A DNA stretch of 39,103 nt from a virus (taxonomy: Duplodnaviria; Caudoviricetes). Shown here piece by piece: positions 17,743 to 26,812 of the stretch. Each line of letters starts with the position of its first letter. Positions within the stretch are counted from its first letter, which is position 1. A program made the translations under genes and the position numbers. The stretch lies in the IMG/VR virus record IMGVR_UViG_3300006105_000045, positions 1-39,103 of that record; one strand, written 5' to 3'. Below the pieces are notes generated by a model, which ran no database searches, was not told where the DNA came from, and saw only the letters and a program-made list of their open reading frames with translations.

Positions 17743-18179
17743 TTTAGATCCTTTGCTGCTTTATTCAATATCGCTATTGCTGAAGGATCCACCTTACATG
17801 TTGCATCAATTTTATCTTTAACATCATCTATATCGTGTTGTATTACAATTTGTGTATCGTGTATAACTTTAGTCTTCTCAACATACTTTGTTACAATTTG
17901 TACATTGGCATCTTTAGACTTGGCTTCAGATACTGCTACTTGTTTCTGTAACTCAGCGATTCGTTCAAGATTAGATTTCTCAGCGTCATAACCACCATAA
18001 AAATAAACACCTAAAATTGCCAAGAGAGTTCCAAGAATTCTTGCTGGTTCTCTATATGGTCTAAATGGTGGAAATATTCCAACAAGAAAACTTAGTGCAT
18101 ATAAAACTACACCTGATCCGAGGACTGCCAATACAGCATAGTATATCCATCCATCAGGTATAAAATTCAACATCCACAT
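17739..18179 (-). CDS. i-spanin (Rz-like)
   Basis: N-terminal TMs, coiled coil, IVTKYVEK and a C-terminal C.VD....ILN motif. Confidence 0.78.
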   Translation of the reverse strand: MWMLNFIPDGWIYYAVLAVLGSGVVLYALSFLVGIFPPFRPYREPARILGTLLAILGVYFYGGYDAEKSNLERIAELQKQVAVSEAKSKDANVQIVTKYVEKTKVIHDTQIVIQHDIDDVKDKIDATCKVDPSAIAILNKAAKDLK

Positions 18180-18191
18180 GTTAAAAATCTC

Positions 18192-18782
18192 TTATTTTAT
18201 TTCAATCGGTTTTGGTCTGCGAGCCATTTGAATAGCTCCATTTTGTTTACGCTTATACTTTGCGATATCTTTTTTCTTAATTACTGGACCACCAGTAGCA
18301 GTGGATAAACCAGCGACACCGCCAGAACCAGCATTGTTTGCTGCAACTCCACCACCTGCTCCAGCACCTCCTCCACCTCCACCATCTTCGGCGATCTTAG
18401 CGAGGAATTTCTCAACAAATAATTCTTCTTCTACTAATGTTACTTTGTCCAACCTTTGAACAAGTGACATAAATTGTTCTTCGTTTACATAGGCAGATTT
18501 CTTTTCAAATCTTTCTTTAACGAAATAGTAAGCAGCAGTCAAATTCTTTAGATTTGATTCGCCACCTGGAAGTTTATTGATTAAACGCTTGATATTAAAA
18601 ATCAAACGAGTCAGATAGTTATACGCATCTTTTTGTTCATTAGTTTTTAAATCCTTAGCATGGATTAAAATTTTGCCAGTTGCGTCAATAATACCAAGTT
18701 TATATGCTTCAGTTTTATTGAATGGTGTTACCAACATAGCAAGTAGCTTTGCTGCGATTACATTGTCGATTAAAGCTGCCAT
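18192..18782 (-). CDS. conserved T4-like hypothetical protein with Gly-rich tail
   Basis: AYKLGIIDATG...AY..LTRLIFNIKRLI motif; after IAED comes a Gly-rich then basic tail. Confidence 0.75.
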   Translation of the reverse strand: MAALIDNVIAAKLLAMLVTPFNKTEAYKLGIIDATGKILIHAKDLKTNEQKDAYNYLTRLIFNIKRLINKLPGGESNLKNLTAAYYFVKERFEKKSAYVNEEQFMSLVQRLDKVTLVEEELFVEKFLAKIAEDGGGGGGAGAGGGVAANNAGSGGVAGLSTATGGPVIKKKDIAKYKRKQNGAIQMARRPKPIEIK

Positions 18783-19169
18783 CTATATTTTCCTTAGAGC
18801 ACTGATTATCTTTTCGTCCAGTGATATATCTGAAGTTCTTAAACCATACTGCGGTACTGACTCGGGCATTCTTTCTAGATAAACTAAAAATGTTACCAAT
18901 ACATTCCAATCTTCAGGATCTATTTTATAGAACAGCATATTAGTTGCTGCGTCGCCAAAAATATTATAGAGAACAATGATATGATTAAGTATCAATCGTT
19001 CTCTAAGTTCATCAGATTGTTTATAACGAGTAATTAACTTTTTAAGATAGAGAAAAATTCTTATGTCTTTCTCAAATTCCTGTATGTTATGACACTGCGG
19101 ATTATCATAATGATGCATCGCATAAAGTAAAAAGTTATCTTCAGTTAATTTCTTATTGATATCGACCAC
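18783..19169 (-). CDS. conserved T4-like hypothetical protein
   Basis: LTEDNFLLYAMHHYDNPQC...ERLILNHIIVLYNIFG. Start placed at GTG 19169 because the longer ORF (to 19217) runs through a terminator-like hairpin. Confidence 0.75.
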   Translation of the reverse strand: MVDINKKLTEDNFLLYAMHHYDNPQCHNIQEFEKDIRIFLYLKKLITRYKQSDELRERLILNHIIVLYNIFGDAATNMLFYKIDPEDWNVLVTFLVYLERMPESVPQYGLRTSDISLDEKIISALRKI

Positions 19170-19188
19170 AGCTCTCACTTCACATTCA

Positions 19189-19212
19189 AAAGTGGAGGGG
19201 AAAATCCCCTCC
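19189..19212 (-). terminator. probable Rho-independent terminator
   Basis: GGAGGGG-ATTTT-CCCCTCC then ACTTTT, just after the stop of the 300-aa structural gene. Confidence 0.6.
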
Positions 19213-19227
19213 TTCATATTTTATTTA

Positions 19228-20130
19228 TTAAGCGTATACGATTGAAGCTGCAGTAGAAGTTACTGTAGTATAATCAGTTGCACTTAATACACAACGGTAT
19301 TGATAGTTGTTATAAGTTGATTTAGCAGCAGCAGTCAATGTTAATGTACGAGTTGTTGCGCCAGTGTAAACACCAGTGTTGCTCAAGTTAGTGAACGAAG
19401 TTCCACCATTGGTAGAAACTTGCCACTGGTAACCGATTGTACCATTACCAGTAATTGCTCCAGTAACACTGAATGTACCAGTGTATGGATCAGCAGCACC
19501 AGTGATGTTAGTTGGCTGAGCAGTGATAGTGATTTCACCAGAAACTAATGGATCGTTAGTAGTAACATAGTTCTCAAAAGTCTCAGTCATTTCTGGACCC
19601 ATAGCAACTAATGTTTCTGACTTGTGACGAACTGAACCATCGGCAGCAGTATATGTTTTATAAGTTGTCCATCCTGGAGTTTTGATACCAACAGCACGGT
19701 TCTCATAAGACTGAGCTTCTTCTTTAGAAACTAAGAACATTGAACGACCATTGTAGTTATGATCATATCCTGGATTGGCAATACCACCATCGATCTTAAG
19801 GATCTGAGTGCCAGTACCAACAGCACTAATGTCAACTAAACCAGTTGCTCCACCAGCGATAGCATGAGCCTGTGTATCATACAATGAAATAGTGTTAGCA
19901 TCAACACGATTAACATAGTAAGTAGTTCCGTTAGTCATACCACCAATAGCAGTACCACCATTGCTGTTATAAACAACTGCAGTGCCAGTAGCAAAGTCAG
20001 TGTTTGCGTTTGTTAAAGTAATAGTATTTGCTGAAACGCTTACTGCGCCAACAGTACTATCGAAGTGTGATTCTCTTGAGACAAAAATTGGCTGGCTTGC
20101 CAATGCGTCTTGATTTCCCCATGTTGCCAT
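19228..20130 (-). CDS. virion structural protein with C-terminal Ig-like domain
   Basis: Thr/Gly-rich; ITITAQP...FSV...YQWQ...LTL...YQYRC Ig pattern; GGAG SD. Confidence 0.78.
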   Translation of the reverse strand: MATWGNQDALASQPIFVSRESHFDSTVGAVSVSANTITLTNANTDFATGTAVVYNSNGGTAIGGMTNGTTYYVNRVDANTISLYDTQAHAIAGGATGLVDISAVGTGTQILKIDGGIANPGYDHNYNGRSMFLVSKEEAQSYENRAVGIKTPGWTTYKTYTAADGSVRHKSETLVAMGPEMTETFENYVTTNDPLVSGEITITAQPTNITGAADPYTGTFSVTGAITGNGTIGYQWQVSTNGGTSFTNLSNTGVYTGATTRTLTLTAAAKSTYNNYQYRCVLSATDYTTVTSTAASIVYA

Positions 20131-20146
20131 GAATTATCTCCTTGAA

Positions 20147-22567
20147 TTATTTGTTAGAGTTAGGTAGGTGCAATTTGTAGCCAGTGTAATCTGCACCGCT
20201 ACTCTTCTTACCAGTGCTTTGGGAAGTTTTCCCTGCTGCACCAGATTTACTTCCTGCTGGGCGACCACGACCTCTTTTTGGTGCATCAGCTGGTTTTGCT
20301 TTTGGCTTGTCATCTTCATCATCCTCATCGTCTTGATAAGATGAACCATATGTTCCTTTATGAACATACTTGCCGTGTTTGTCAAATTCCATTTCAGTAA
20401 TAAAATCTCTGTATGTTTTCACAGTACTTTCCTTTACAGTTTTCTTTGATTCTTCTTTTTTATCTTTCTTTTTCTGACGGAGAACCCAAGATTCTTCAAG
20501 GTCTTCTTCAGTTGCATTATCTAAAAAGTCATGAGCAGTTTCAATATAGTCTTGAGCCAAAGTTATTTTTGATTCAACCCAATCAGGAACTTGAACTTTA
20601 TCGCCTTCGTCTTCAATCATATCATGTAACTTCTGAGCATTACTAATGATACTCGCCAATTGGTGTTTTATCATTGCGCCATGGTCAGGATCATACTTAT
20701 TATCTTCTTTTGCTTCGCTTACCATAGTGTGGTGAGGAACAGTAGTTTTCATTGCACCATGGTGGTCAGCTGACTGGAAGTGAACATGTTCGCCACGGCG
20801 ATATGCGCCCCAGTGGTGTCCAGTTTCATCTTTAAAGTGATGCTCTTGACCATCTTTTAACTTAGCAATTGCTTCGTGGTGCTCAGGATGCAAAGGAATA
20901 GAGAAGTCAGAACCATGGTGAACTGTCTTCATAGTTCCCCAAGAATACTTATTAGTTACAACTCTTGGTTTTGCCTTTGACTCTTCAGTAACTGATTCGT
21001 TTTTCTTCTTAGCAGCATAGAAAGCAGCGAGTGCCATTTGACGACGCTTCTCTTTAGACTTACCTGCAAACTTAGGATTCTTAGAATGAACGAAGTCATC
21101 AATATATTCGCCAGCATCTGCAGATGGAGAAAGAACTTCGTCTAAACTGTGAGCAATTTTAAATTTATGAACAGAACCAACTTTCTTATCATCGTAAGAG
21201 TCATGTGTTTGTTTCATATGCACTTCTTTGTCAGTTTTGTGCATTACTTTACCATGAACTTTGTTACCAGTCTTTGGCTCGTAGTAGTCCATGTGTTGAC
21301 CAACTTCCATGTGTTTTGCCATATCTGGATGCATCTTACCAACGCTGGCGAATTCGCGATGATTTGCTTCAGTTAATTCCATTTCTATTTCCTCTTTAAT
21401 ATTGTGCTTAACATTAAATTGTTTATCTCTATACACAGTACCTAAATGTTTAGCACCAGATTTTTGTAAAGAATTACGACCATTAGAATTCATTGTATGA
21501 TTCACATCGTAACCACCTGCTTTGTGTTTATATACCTCAATACCATCGTCATGATCGCGATGAGTTTTTACTTTATCGCTGGCATATTTAATGGCAGAGT
21601 GTAAATCTTTAAATGGAGCAGATTCGTTTATCTCAGCTTCTTCTTTAAATGATTTAAAATGAGTTGGTTTCAATTGTACAGAACCTTTATCGTGATCAAT
21701 AGTGTAAGTATTGCTGTCGCCAGTCCAACGCTTGCGAATTTCTCCGATATGACCAACTTTACCAACTAAATCAGCTGGACCTTTGTGAATAATAACTTTA
21801 TCACCAATCTTATGCGCTTCTTTAATTCCGTATTTCTTATCTACTTCTTTTTGTGCCTTATGACGCTCTTCGTGATCTTCAATGTCATAAGTCTTAGATA
21901 AATCTTTGTAGTAATCTGGATGAGGTAATCCAGCTTTCTTTCTTAATTCCATGTGGCGAGCATATAACTTCTCTTGGGCAGATTTTGCTTCTTTAAGAGG
22001 ATGTTTCATAGATTCGTTATGGTGATGCTCAGCTTTATCGTATTCTTTTTCGGCAGCGTCATGGCGACCTTTAGAAGCATGCCAGTGACCTTTTAATTCA
22101 TGGTGGTTTACCATATGATGATGGTAAGCACCCATATCGCCTTCACCTTTTGACATTTCAGCTTTAACCTTGTGGTCTTCAGCTCTGTCATATATGTCGT
22201 TAGACTCAGCCATACCAAAATGTTGTTTCTTCAGATTATCTGGCTCAGCTGTATGATTGTCAAACGCTTTAGCCAATGATTTGCGAGCCAATTCACGAGC
22301 CTTGTTCATACCATTTTTTTTGTTATTTTTAACAGTTGTATATGGTGGCTCAAATGGTACTTCTGGAGCTTCTGGAGCAGCTTTAGTTTCGTTATCTTCT
22401 TTAACTACACAGGCACACTTAGATTGACCACAATCTGAACAGATTTTCTTAGAAGTTTCTTTAACAACACCACCACCCTCAGGTGCCATATTTGGCATTG
22501 CAGTGGAACCACCCATTTGTTGGGTTCCTTCTTTCATCTGCAGATATGTTTCGAATAAGTTTGCCAT
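20147..22567 (-). CDS. large His/Lys/Glu-rich modular protein, putative internal-head polyprotein (806 aa)
   Basis: Modules separated by (L/I/V)-x-E sites (LKEA, IKEA, INES, LTEA, LDEV, VTEE, VSEA, LEES, ITEM); AT-hook KRGRGRP near the C-terminus; exact TATAAATA upstream. Confidence 0.65.
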   Translation of the reverse strand: MANLFETYLQMKEGTQQMGGSTAMPNMAPEGGGVVKETSKKICSDCGQSKCACVVKEDNETKAAPEAPEVPFEPPYTTVKNNKKNGMNKARELARKSLAKAFDNHTAEPDNLKKQHFGMAESNDIYDRAEDHKVKAEMSKGEGDMGAYHHHMVNHHELKGHWHASKGRHDAAEKEYDKAEHHHNESMKHPLKEAKSAQEKLYARHMELRKKAGLPHPDYYKDLSKTYDIEDHEERHKAQKEVDKKYGIKEAHKIGDKVIIHKGPADLVGKVGHIGEIRKRWTGDSNTYTIDHDKGSVQLKPTHFKSFKEEAEINESAPFKDLHSAIKYASDKVKTHRDHDDGIEVYKHKAGGYDVNHTMNSNGRNSLQKSGAKHLGTVYRDKQFNVKHNIKEEIEMELTEANHREFASVGKMHPDMAKHMEVGQHMDYYEPKTGNKVHGKVMHKTDKEVHMKQTHDSYDDKKVGSVHKFKIAHSLDEVLSPSADAGEYIDDFVHSKNPKFAGKSKEKRRQMALAAFYAAKKKNESVTEESKAKPRVVTNKYSWGTMKTVHHGSDFSIPLHPEHHEAIAKLKDGQEHHFKDETGHHWGAYRRGEHVHFQSADHHGAMKTTVPHHTMVSEAKEDNKYDPDHGAMIKHQLASIISNAQKLHDMIEDEGDKVQVPDWVESKITLAQDYIETAHDFLDNATEEDLEESWVLRQKKKDKKEESKKTVKESTVKTYRDFITEMEFDKHGKYVHKGTYGSSYQDDEDDEDDKPKAKPADAPKRGRGRPAGSKSGAAGKTSQSTGKKSSGADYTGYKLHLPNSNK

Positions 22568-22589
22568 TTGTATGTTCCTAGTTACACTA

Positions 22590-22597
22590 TATTTATA
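22590..22597 (-). promoter_or_regulatory. T4 late promoter
   Basis: Exact TATAAATA 22 nt upstream of the 22567 start. Confidence 0.75.
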
Positions 22598-24466
22598 TTA
22601 GTATGCTCTTCCAGCACCACCTGTTGGACCGAATGGATCAAATCCACCTTCGCCACCTGGAGACTTAGAATCAAACGCTTTCTTATCATCTACAGTTTTA
22701 GTCTGTGGAGTTGTTATAGAAGTTGCCTTCTTATTCTTTTTTCTCTCTTTTTCTTCTTGATCTTTTTGGGTTGGACCATTAAGAATCCAAGATTCGAAGG
22801 AGAGAGCTTCAGTGTTAAATCCACCAGTACGAGTTGTCTTTGGTGTAGAAGTAACAGTCGACTTCTTGTCCATAGTTGGTTTATTAAACTTCAACTGGTC
22901 AGTCTTGTTTGCTGGATTCATTTGGGTTGGCTGTTCTTTGGCAGCAGCACCCTTTAATCTGTCAGCAAAAGTAATTTTCTTTGGATGATACTTGCGATCA
23001 ACCCACTCACCCTTGTCGTTCTGAACTTTCTTTACTTTAAAGTCGGAAGAATAGATATCTTCATGCATAATCCATGTGTCAGGAATTTCTTTGTATTGAT
23101 CAACCCACATATCGTGCATTTTTTGATCGCTGATTCCGTGTGCTTTTGCGATGGTAGTCATCAACTTATTGATAATGTCGTATACTTTATCAGTATCTCC
23201 ATCTGCAGCATGGATTTCTTGTTTCTTAGCCATTAGAGCTGCTTTTAATTCTGCCACTGGATCATCATGTTTTGAATTATGATCCATGTTTTCTTTAACT
23301 GCTTTTTTCTTTTTGTCTTTATTTAAAACAAAATGCTTTGGTAAATTCTTAGAGTCGGAAGATCCATACTCAGGATCAACAGCACGATCGCGATCATCTG
23401 CCTGATATTCGCTTTCAACATAAGTTACCTTTTGTCTTCTGCTGTTCTCGCCATTATGATCATCGATAGTAAAACCAGTTTTACTTGTTGGATGTGAAAT
23501 TACACGCTCATGACTTAAATCATGTTGCGAATCATTTGTTGGTTTCTCACCAAACTTTGGTTCTATCTTACCATCACCTTCTACTGGTCCGTCAATCTCA
23601 ACTGGTTTCTCTCTTGAACCAGCTTTCTTTAAAAATTCTTTGTAACGCATAGCAACTTTCTTGCTATCCATCATTTCTGATTCTTCAGATAGTTCTGTCA
23701 CATCAGTAATCCACTTAGATACTAATTTACCTTCTTGATTCTTTAACAATAGATGATTAGAACCACGCTTAATAATTTCGTATACATCGCCAGCAGATTC
23801 AACAATATCGCCAACATTAAAGATTTTACCAGCAACATAATCTTCACGAACTTCGCTTCTTTCGAACTGAATAGTTTCGCGAATTGGTTCAAGACCCATA
23901 CCTTTGCGAACATCATTCATAAGACGACGAGAATCTAACTCAGTCAATGTATGAGGAACACCCTTTTTAAACTGTGTAAAGTTACCAGACTTGGCAGACT
24001 CACACATTCTAACACTGGATAGCGGAGAAACTGTATTACTATCTGGATCAATGTCGCCAATAGAAATTACTCTGATTGATTCAAACTGATACAGCTTACC
24101 GTTGTTTTTATGTAACTCTTTTTCATACTCAGCAATTTTGTCTGAGCCAGCTACAACTGTTAAGTTTCTGTAGCGTTTGTTTAATGCAAGGGCAACTTCA
24201 ACAATGGATTGCATACCATGTGCTGGTTTGATATTTGCTTCTGGAAACATACGCTTCAAGAAGTAAACTTTACGATCTGCTGGTAGGGGATTATTCTTTT
24301 TGTCCTCGTTTATTGAGGCATAGATGACATGGTCAGCTGACTCGCCGAGCTTTTGAACAGTCTTAACTATTACTTCGTGTCCAACTGTAGGTGGTTGGAA
24401 CTGCCCGAAAGCAACAACGACTTTATTTGAAGGTAATTCTCTTACTAATTGCTTAAAGTTCTTCAT
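22598..24466 (-). CDS. cytidylyltransferase-like (HIGH-superfamily) domain protein with long modular C-terminus
   Basis: AFGQFQPPTVGH, KKNNPL, VAGSDK, SSVRM (degenerate SASKMR); N-terminus MKNFKQLVRE. Confidence 0.75.
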   Translation of the reverse strand: MKNFKQLVRELPSNKVVVAFGQFQPPTVGHEVIVKTVQKLGESADHVIYASINEDKKNNPLPADRKVYFLKRMFPEANIKPAHGMQSIVEVALALNKRYRNLTVVAGSDKIAEYEKELHKNNGKLYQFESIRVISIGDIDPDSNTVSPLSSVRMCESAKSGNFTQFKKGVPHTLTELDSRRLMNDVRKGMGLEPIRETIQFERSEVREDYVAGKIFNVGDIVESAGDVYEIIKRGSNHLLLKNQEGKLVSKWITDVTELSEESEMMDSKKVAMRYKEFLKKAGSREKPVEIDGPVEGDGKIEPKFGEKPTNDSQHDLSHERVISHPTSKTGFTIDDHNGENSRRQKVTYVESEYQADDRDRAVDPEYGSSDSKNLPKHFVLNKDKKKKAVKENMDHNSKHDDPVAELKAALMAKKQEIHAADGDTDKVYDIINKLMTTIAKAHGISDQKMHDMWVDQYKEIPDTWIMHEDIYSSDFKVKKVQNDKGEWVDRKYHPKKITFADRLKGAAAKEQPTQMNPANKTDQLKFNKPTMDKKSTVTSTPKTTRTGGFNTEALSFESWILNGPTQKDQEEKERKKNKKATSITTPQTKTVDDKKAFDSKSPGGEGGFDPFGPTGGAGRAY

Positions 24467-24499
24467 GTTGACCCATCTATAAAAATAATCTTACTATAT

Positions 24500-24507
24500 T
24501 ATTTAGT
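24500..24507 (-). promoter_or_regulatory. T4-like late promoter candidate
   Basis: ACTAAATA in the intergenic gap upstream of 24466. Confidence 0.55.
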
Positions 24508-24509
24508 TA

Positions 24510-25322
24510 TTATACAACTGCCCTCACAAATGTATTTCCTGAAGTTCCATCCATACAAATATAAGTTACCCACATTGTAGGGTGACTACATAGATAAAAG
24601 GAGTTTCCACCAGTGGCATTGCTACTGGATAATCCATGATTAAATTGCTGAGTTCCACCAACATTGTTGTAAATAACTACATCAACTTGTTTACCAGCTG
24701 TGTAGTTTGTTAGAGTTGCTGTTACTGTGGCAGCATTAGTATGTAAGTGGATTAAAACATCTGAACTAAAATCAATAGTAAATGCAGTTGTAATACCAGA
24801 AATAATTCTTGGAGTTTTTAATCCTGGAACATATGCTGTTGTCTGAGTGGATCCATCTGGAAACTTAACCATACGATTTAAGTATAATGTTCCAGTATCA
24901 CCAGCGTTACCAACTGTTAAGTCGCTACTAGAAGTTGGACCAGTAACTTTTGTTGCAACAAGTGTTGATAATTGAACTTGAGGAGCATTGTTAATAGCAA
25001 GGACACCATTGTTAACAGCAAGAGATGCCTGAGTTCCAAGAGTTTGGTCAGTAATATAAAGAGTTCCTGGACCAATATAGATATTTTTCCAACGATAGGT
25101 TGCGTTACCTAGTGTGTAGGTATTATCTGCTGATGGAATAATATCGCCATCTTTAATAAGATTGGCAATGTCAAGAGCAAGAGGTTTACCACCTACTGTC
25201 GATCCATCAGAAACACGAAGTTGAGCTAATGCTGGATCATAAAACAATTCACCATACTTTCCAATGTATGAAGTAGCATCAGTATGCCCAATTTTCTCTA
25301 TGTATGGCACGAATGTTGACAT
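24510..25322 (-). CDS. virion structural / fibre-like protein (270 aa)
   Basis: GELFYD....LRVSDG.T.GG and IIPSADNTYTLG....RWKNIY motifs typical of T4-like fibre proteins; Thr/Gly-rich. Confidence 0.7.
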   Translation of the reverse strand: MSTFVPYIEKIGHTDATSYIGKYGELFYDPALAQLRVSDGSTVGGKPLALDIANLIKDGDIIPSADNTYTLGNATYRWKNIYIGPGTLYITDQTLGTQASLAVNNGVLAINNAPQVQLSTLVATKVTGPTSSSDLTVGNAGDTGTLYLNRMVKFPDGSTQTTAYVPGLKTPRIISGITTAFTIDFSSDVLIHLHTNAATVTATLTNYTAGKQVDVVIYNNVGGTQQFNHGLSSSNATGGNSFYLCSHPTMWVTYICMDGTSGNTFVRAVV

Positions 25323-25334
25323 TATAATTCCTTG

Positions 25335-25952
25335 TTATTCAGAATGCCCCATGCCCTTACGAACATCATGGTACATTTCCTCTTTATGTTTAGTGCTCAT
25401 ACTTGATGGAGCGCCTGCATGAAACGCTTTTTTATTTCCAGAGGATGCATGTTCGCGCATTTTGGATGCGGAAATACCTTCAGTTCCTTCAGAGTCTGGG
25501 TCGCGATGACCAGAAGAATGCACTGTGATTGATTTAAAATGATACGAGCCATGCGCATGGTTTTCGCCAGTGTTGTATTTGTGTAACAACTTGTGCATTT
25601 CTTCATGACGATCAGAGCCAGCTACAACATGAAGATGTTGAACACCTTTCTTGTGTAACTCAGCAGCATGATGTAGGATTGTTGGCGCTTCTTTAGAAGC
25701 AGCTTTTACTTTTGTTCCTGGGAATGCTCGTTTAGCATGTTTAACTTTTTGAGCTGCAGTTAGTGGATTCTTTTTCGAATCATGAGAGTGAGAAACGATA
25801 AGAGTATGATCTCCACCATGTTCTTTGGCAACATCATGAATTTTTTTAACAACGGATTCGTGTCCAGTTGTGATTGGATTCATACGACCGAAAGCAATAG
25901 TATGGTGTTTTTCTTTTGCTTCTTCAACAATGAATGATTTAAAAGATAACAT
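25335..25952 (-). CDS. His-rich cytidylyltransferase-like nucleotidyltransferase
   Basis: FGRMNPITTGH, KKNPL, VAGSDR, GHRDPD and ISASKMR; start MLSFKSFIVEE (TAATG coupling). Confidence 0.85.
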   Translation of the reverse strand: MLSFKSFIVEEAKEKHHTIAFGRMNPITTGHESVVKKIHDVAKEHGGDHTLIVSHSHDSKKNPLTAAQKVKHAKRAFPGTKVKAASKEAPTILHHAAELHKKGVQHLHVVAGSDRHEEMHKLLHKYNTGENHAHGSYHFKSITVHSSGHRDPDSEGTEGISASKMREHASSGNKKAFHAGAPSSMSTKHKEEMYHDVRKGMGHSE

Positions 25953-26812
25953 TAGCAGTTCCACTTTCTTAAAGCGAGAGCCTTTCTACTTGGTTCTCCA
26001 TTTGGTTTTTTCATTGGACCTTTAACACCAGACATACGAGCGCAGAAAGATTTTCTACGATTAGCAGCTTTACTTCCTTTCTTCAATTCTGAAGGGGGAG
26101 TTGTTACTGGAGCTTTTAAATGTCCACCTGTTTCTCTATTATAGTGGTCGCGACCTTTTTGTGTTAGACCACCAGTTGGATTCTTATAACCTTTTGCGTC
26201 TTCTTCAATTGATTCGTCAAAATGTTTTGAAGATTCTGCGCTCGACAATAAAGATTTACGCTTAGTTAATTCAGCTTTAATATGTGGCATATCTTTGTGA
26301 GTTCTGCCACCAGATAATCCCATATTCCAATGGTGCAAATATTGTAAATGTTTAGTTGGTGCTTTAGAAATAATGCTCTTAGCGTGTTCGCTTGACTCTG
26401 CATTATCGATCTTATCGCCTAACTTGTCAGCTGCTCCCTCTGTCAACTCTACTTCTTCAGTCATTTTCTTATACTTGTCGAGTAGATCTTTATTCTTAGG
26501 ATAATCTTTTGTTGACATAGCATAGCGAGCAGTCTTAGCATTATCTAAATGATACATTGCTTTCTTTGAGTCGCCTTTCATATGAGCAGCAACTGCTTTA
26601 TCCATATGATATTTAAATGTGCCTTCTTCTAATTCTATTTCTTCATTCTTAGAAGTTGCTTCGGATGCTTTAAAGTCGGCAGCAGTTGGAGCACCTTTGC
26701 TTCCTGGTTTGCGCATGCGCTCACCAGAACCATTCTTAATTCTTTCTTGTTTAGCATGGATGTTATCCCATAAACCACGCTTCTCGTCTAGAAATTCTTT
26801 GAAAGAGATCAT
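25952..26812 (-). CDS. basic modular protein with DUF6321-like C-terminus
   Basis: MISFKEFLDE start; GLWDNIHAK module; GGLTQKGR..Y...RRKSFCARM...LALRKWNC C-terminal module; acidic LxE linkers. Confidence 0.7.
   Translation of the reverse strand: MISFKEFLDEKRGLWDNIHAKQERIKNGSGERMRKPGSKGAPTAADFKASEATSKNEEIELEEGTFKYHMDKAVAAHMKGDSKKAMYHLDNAKTARYAMSTKDYPKNKDLLDKYKKMTEEVELTEGAADKLGDKIDNAESSEHAKSIISKAPTKHLQYLHHWNMGLSGGRTHKDMPHIKAELTKRKSLLSSAESSKHFDESIEEDAKGYKNPTGGLTQKGRDHYNRETGGHLKAPVTTPPSELKKGSKAANRRKSFCARMSGVKGPMKKPNGEPSRKALALRKWNC

Noticed and set aside
19222-19229. AATAAATA late promoter candidate
   Set aside because: It overlaps a TAATAA stop run and sits just upstream of a terminator-like hairpin, so it may be incidental.
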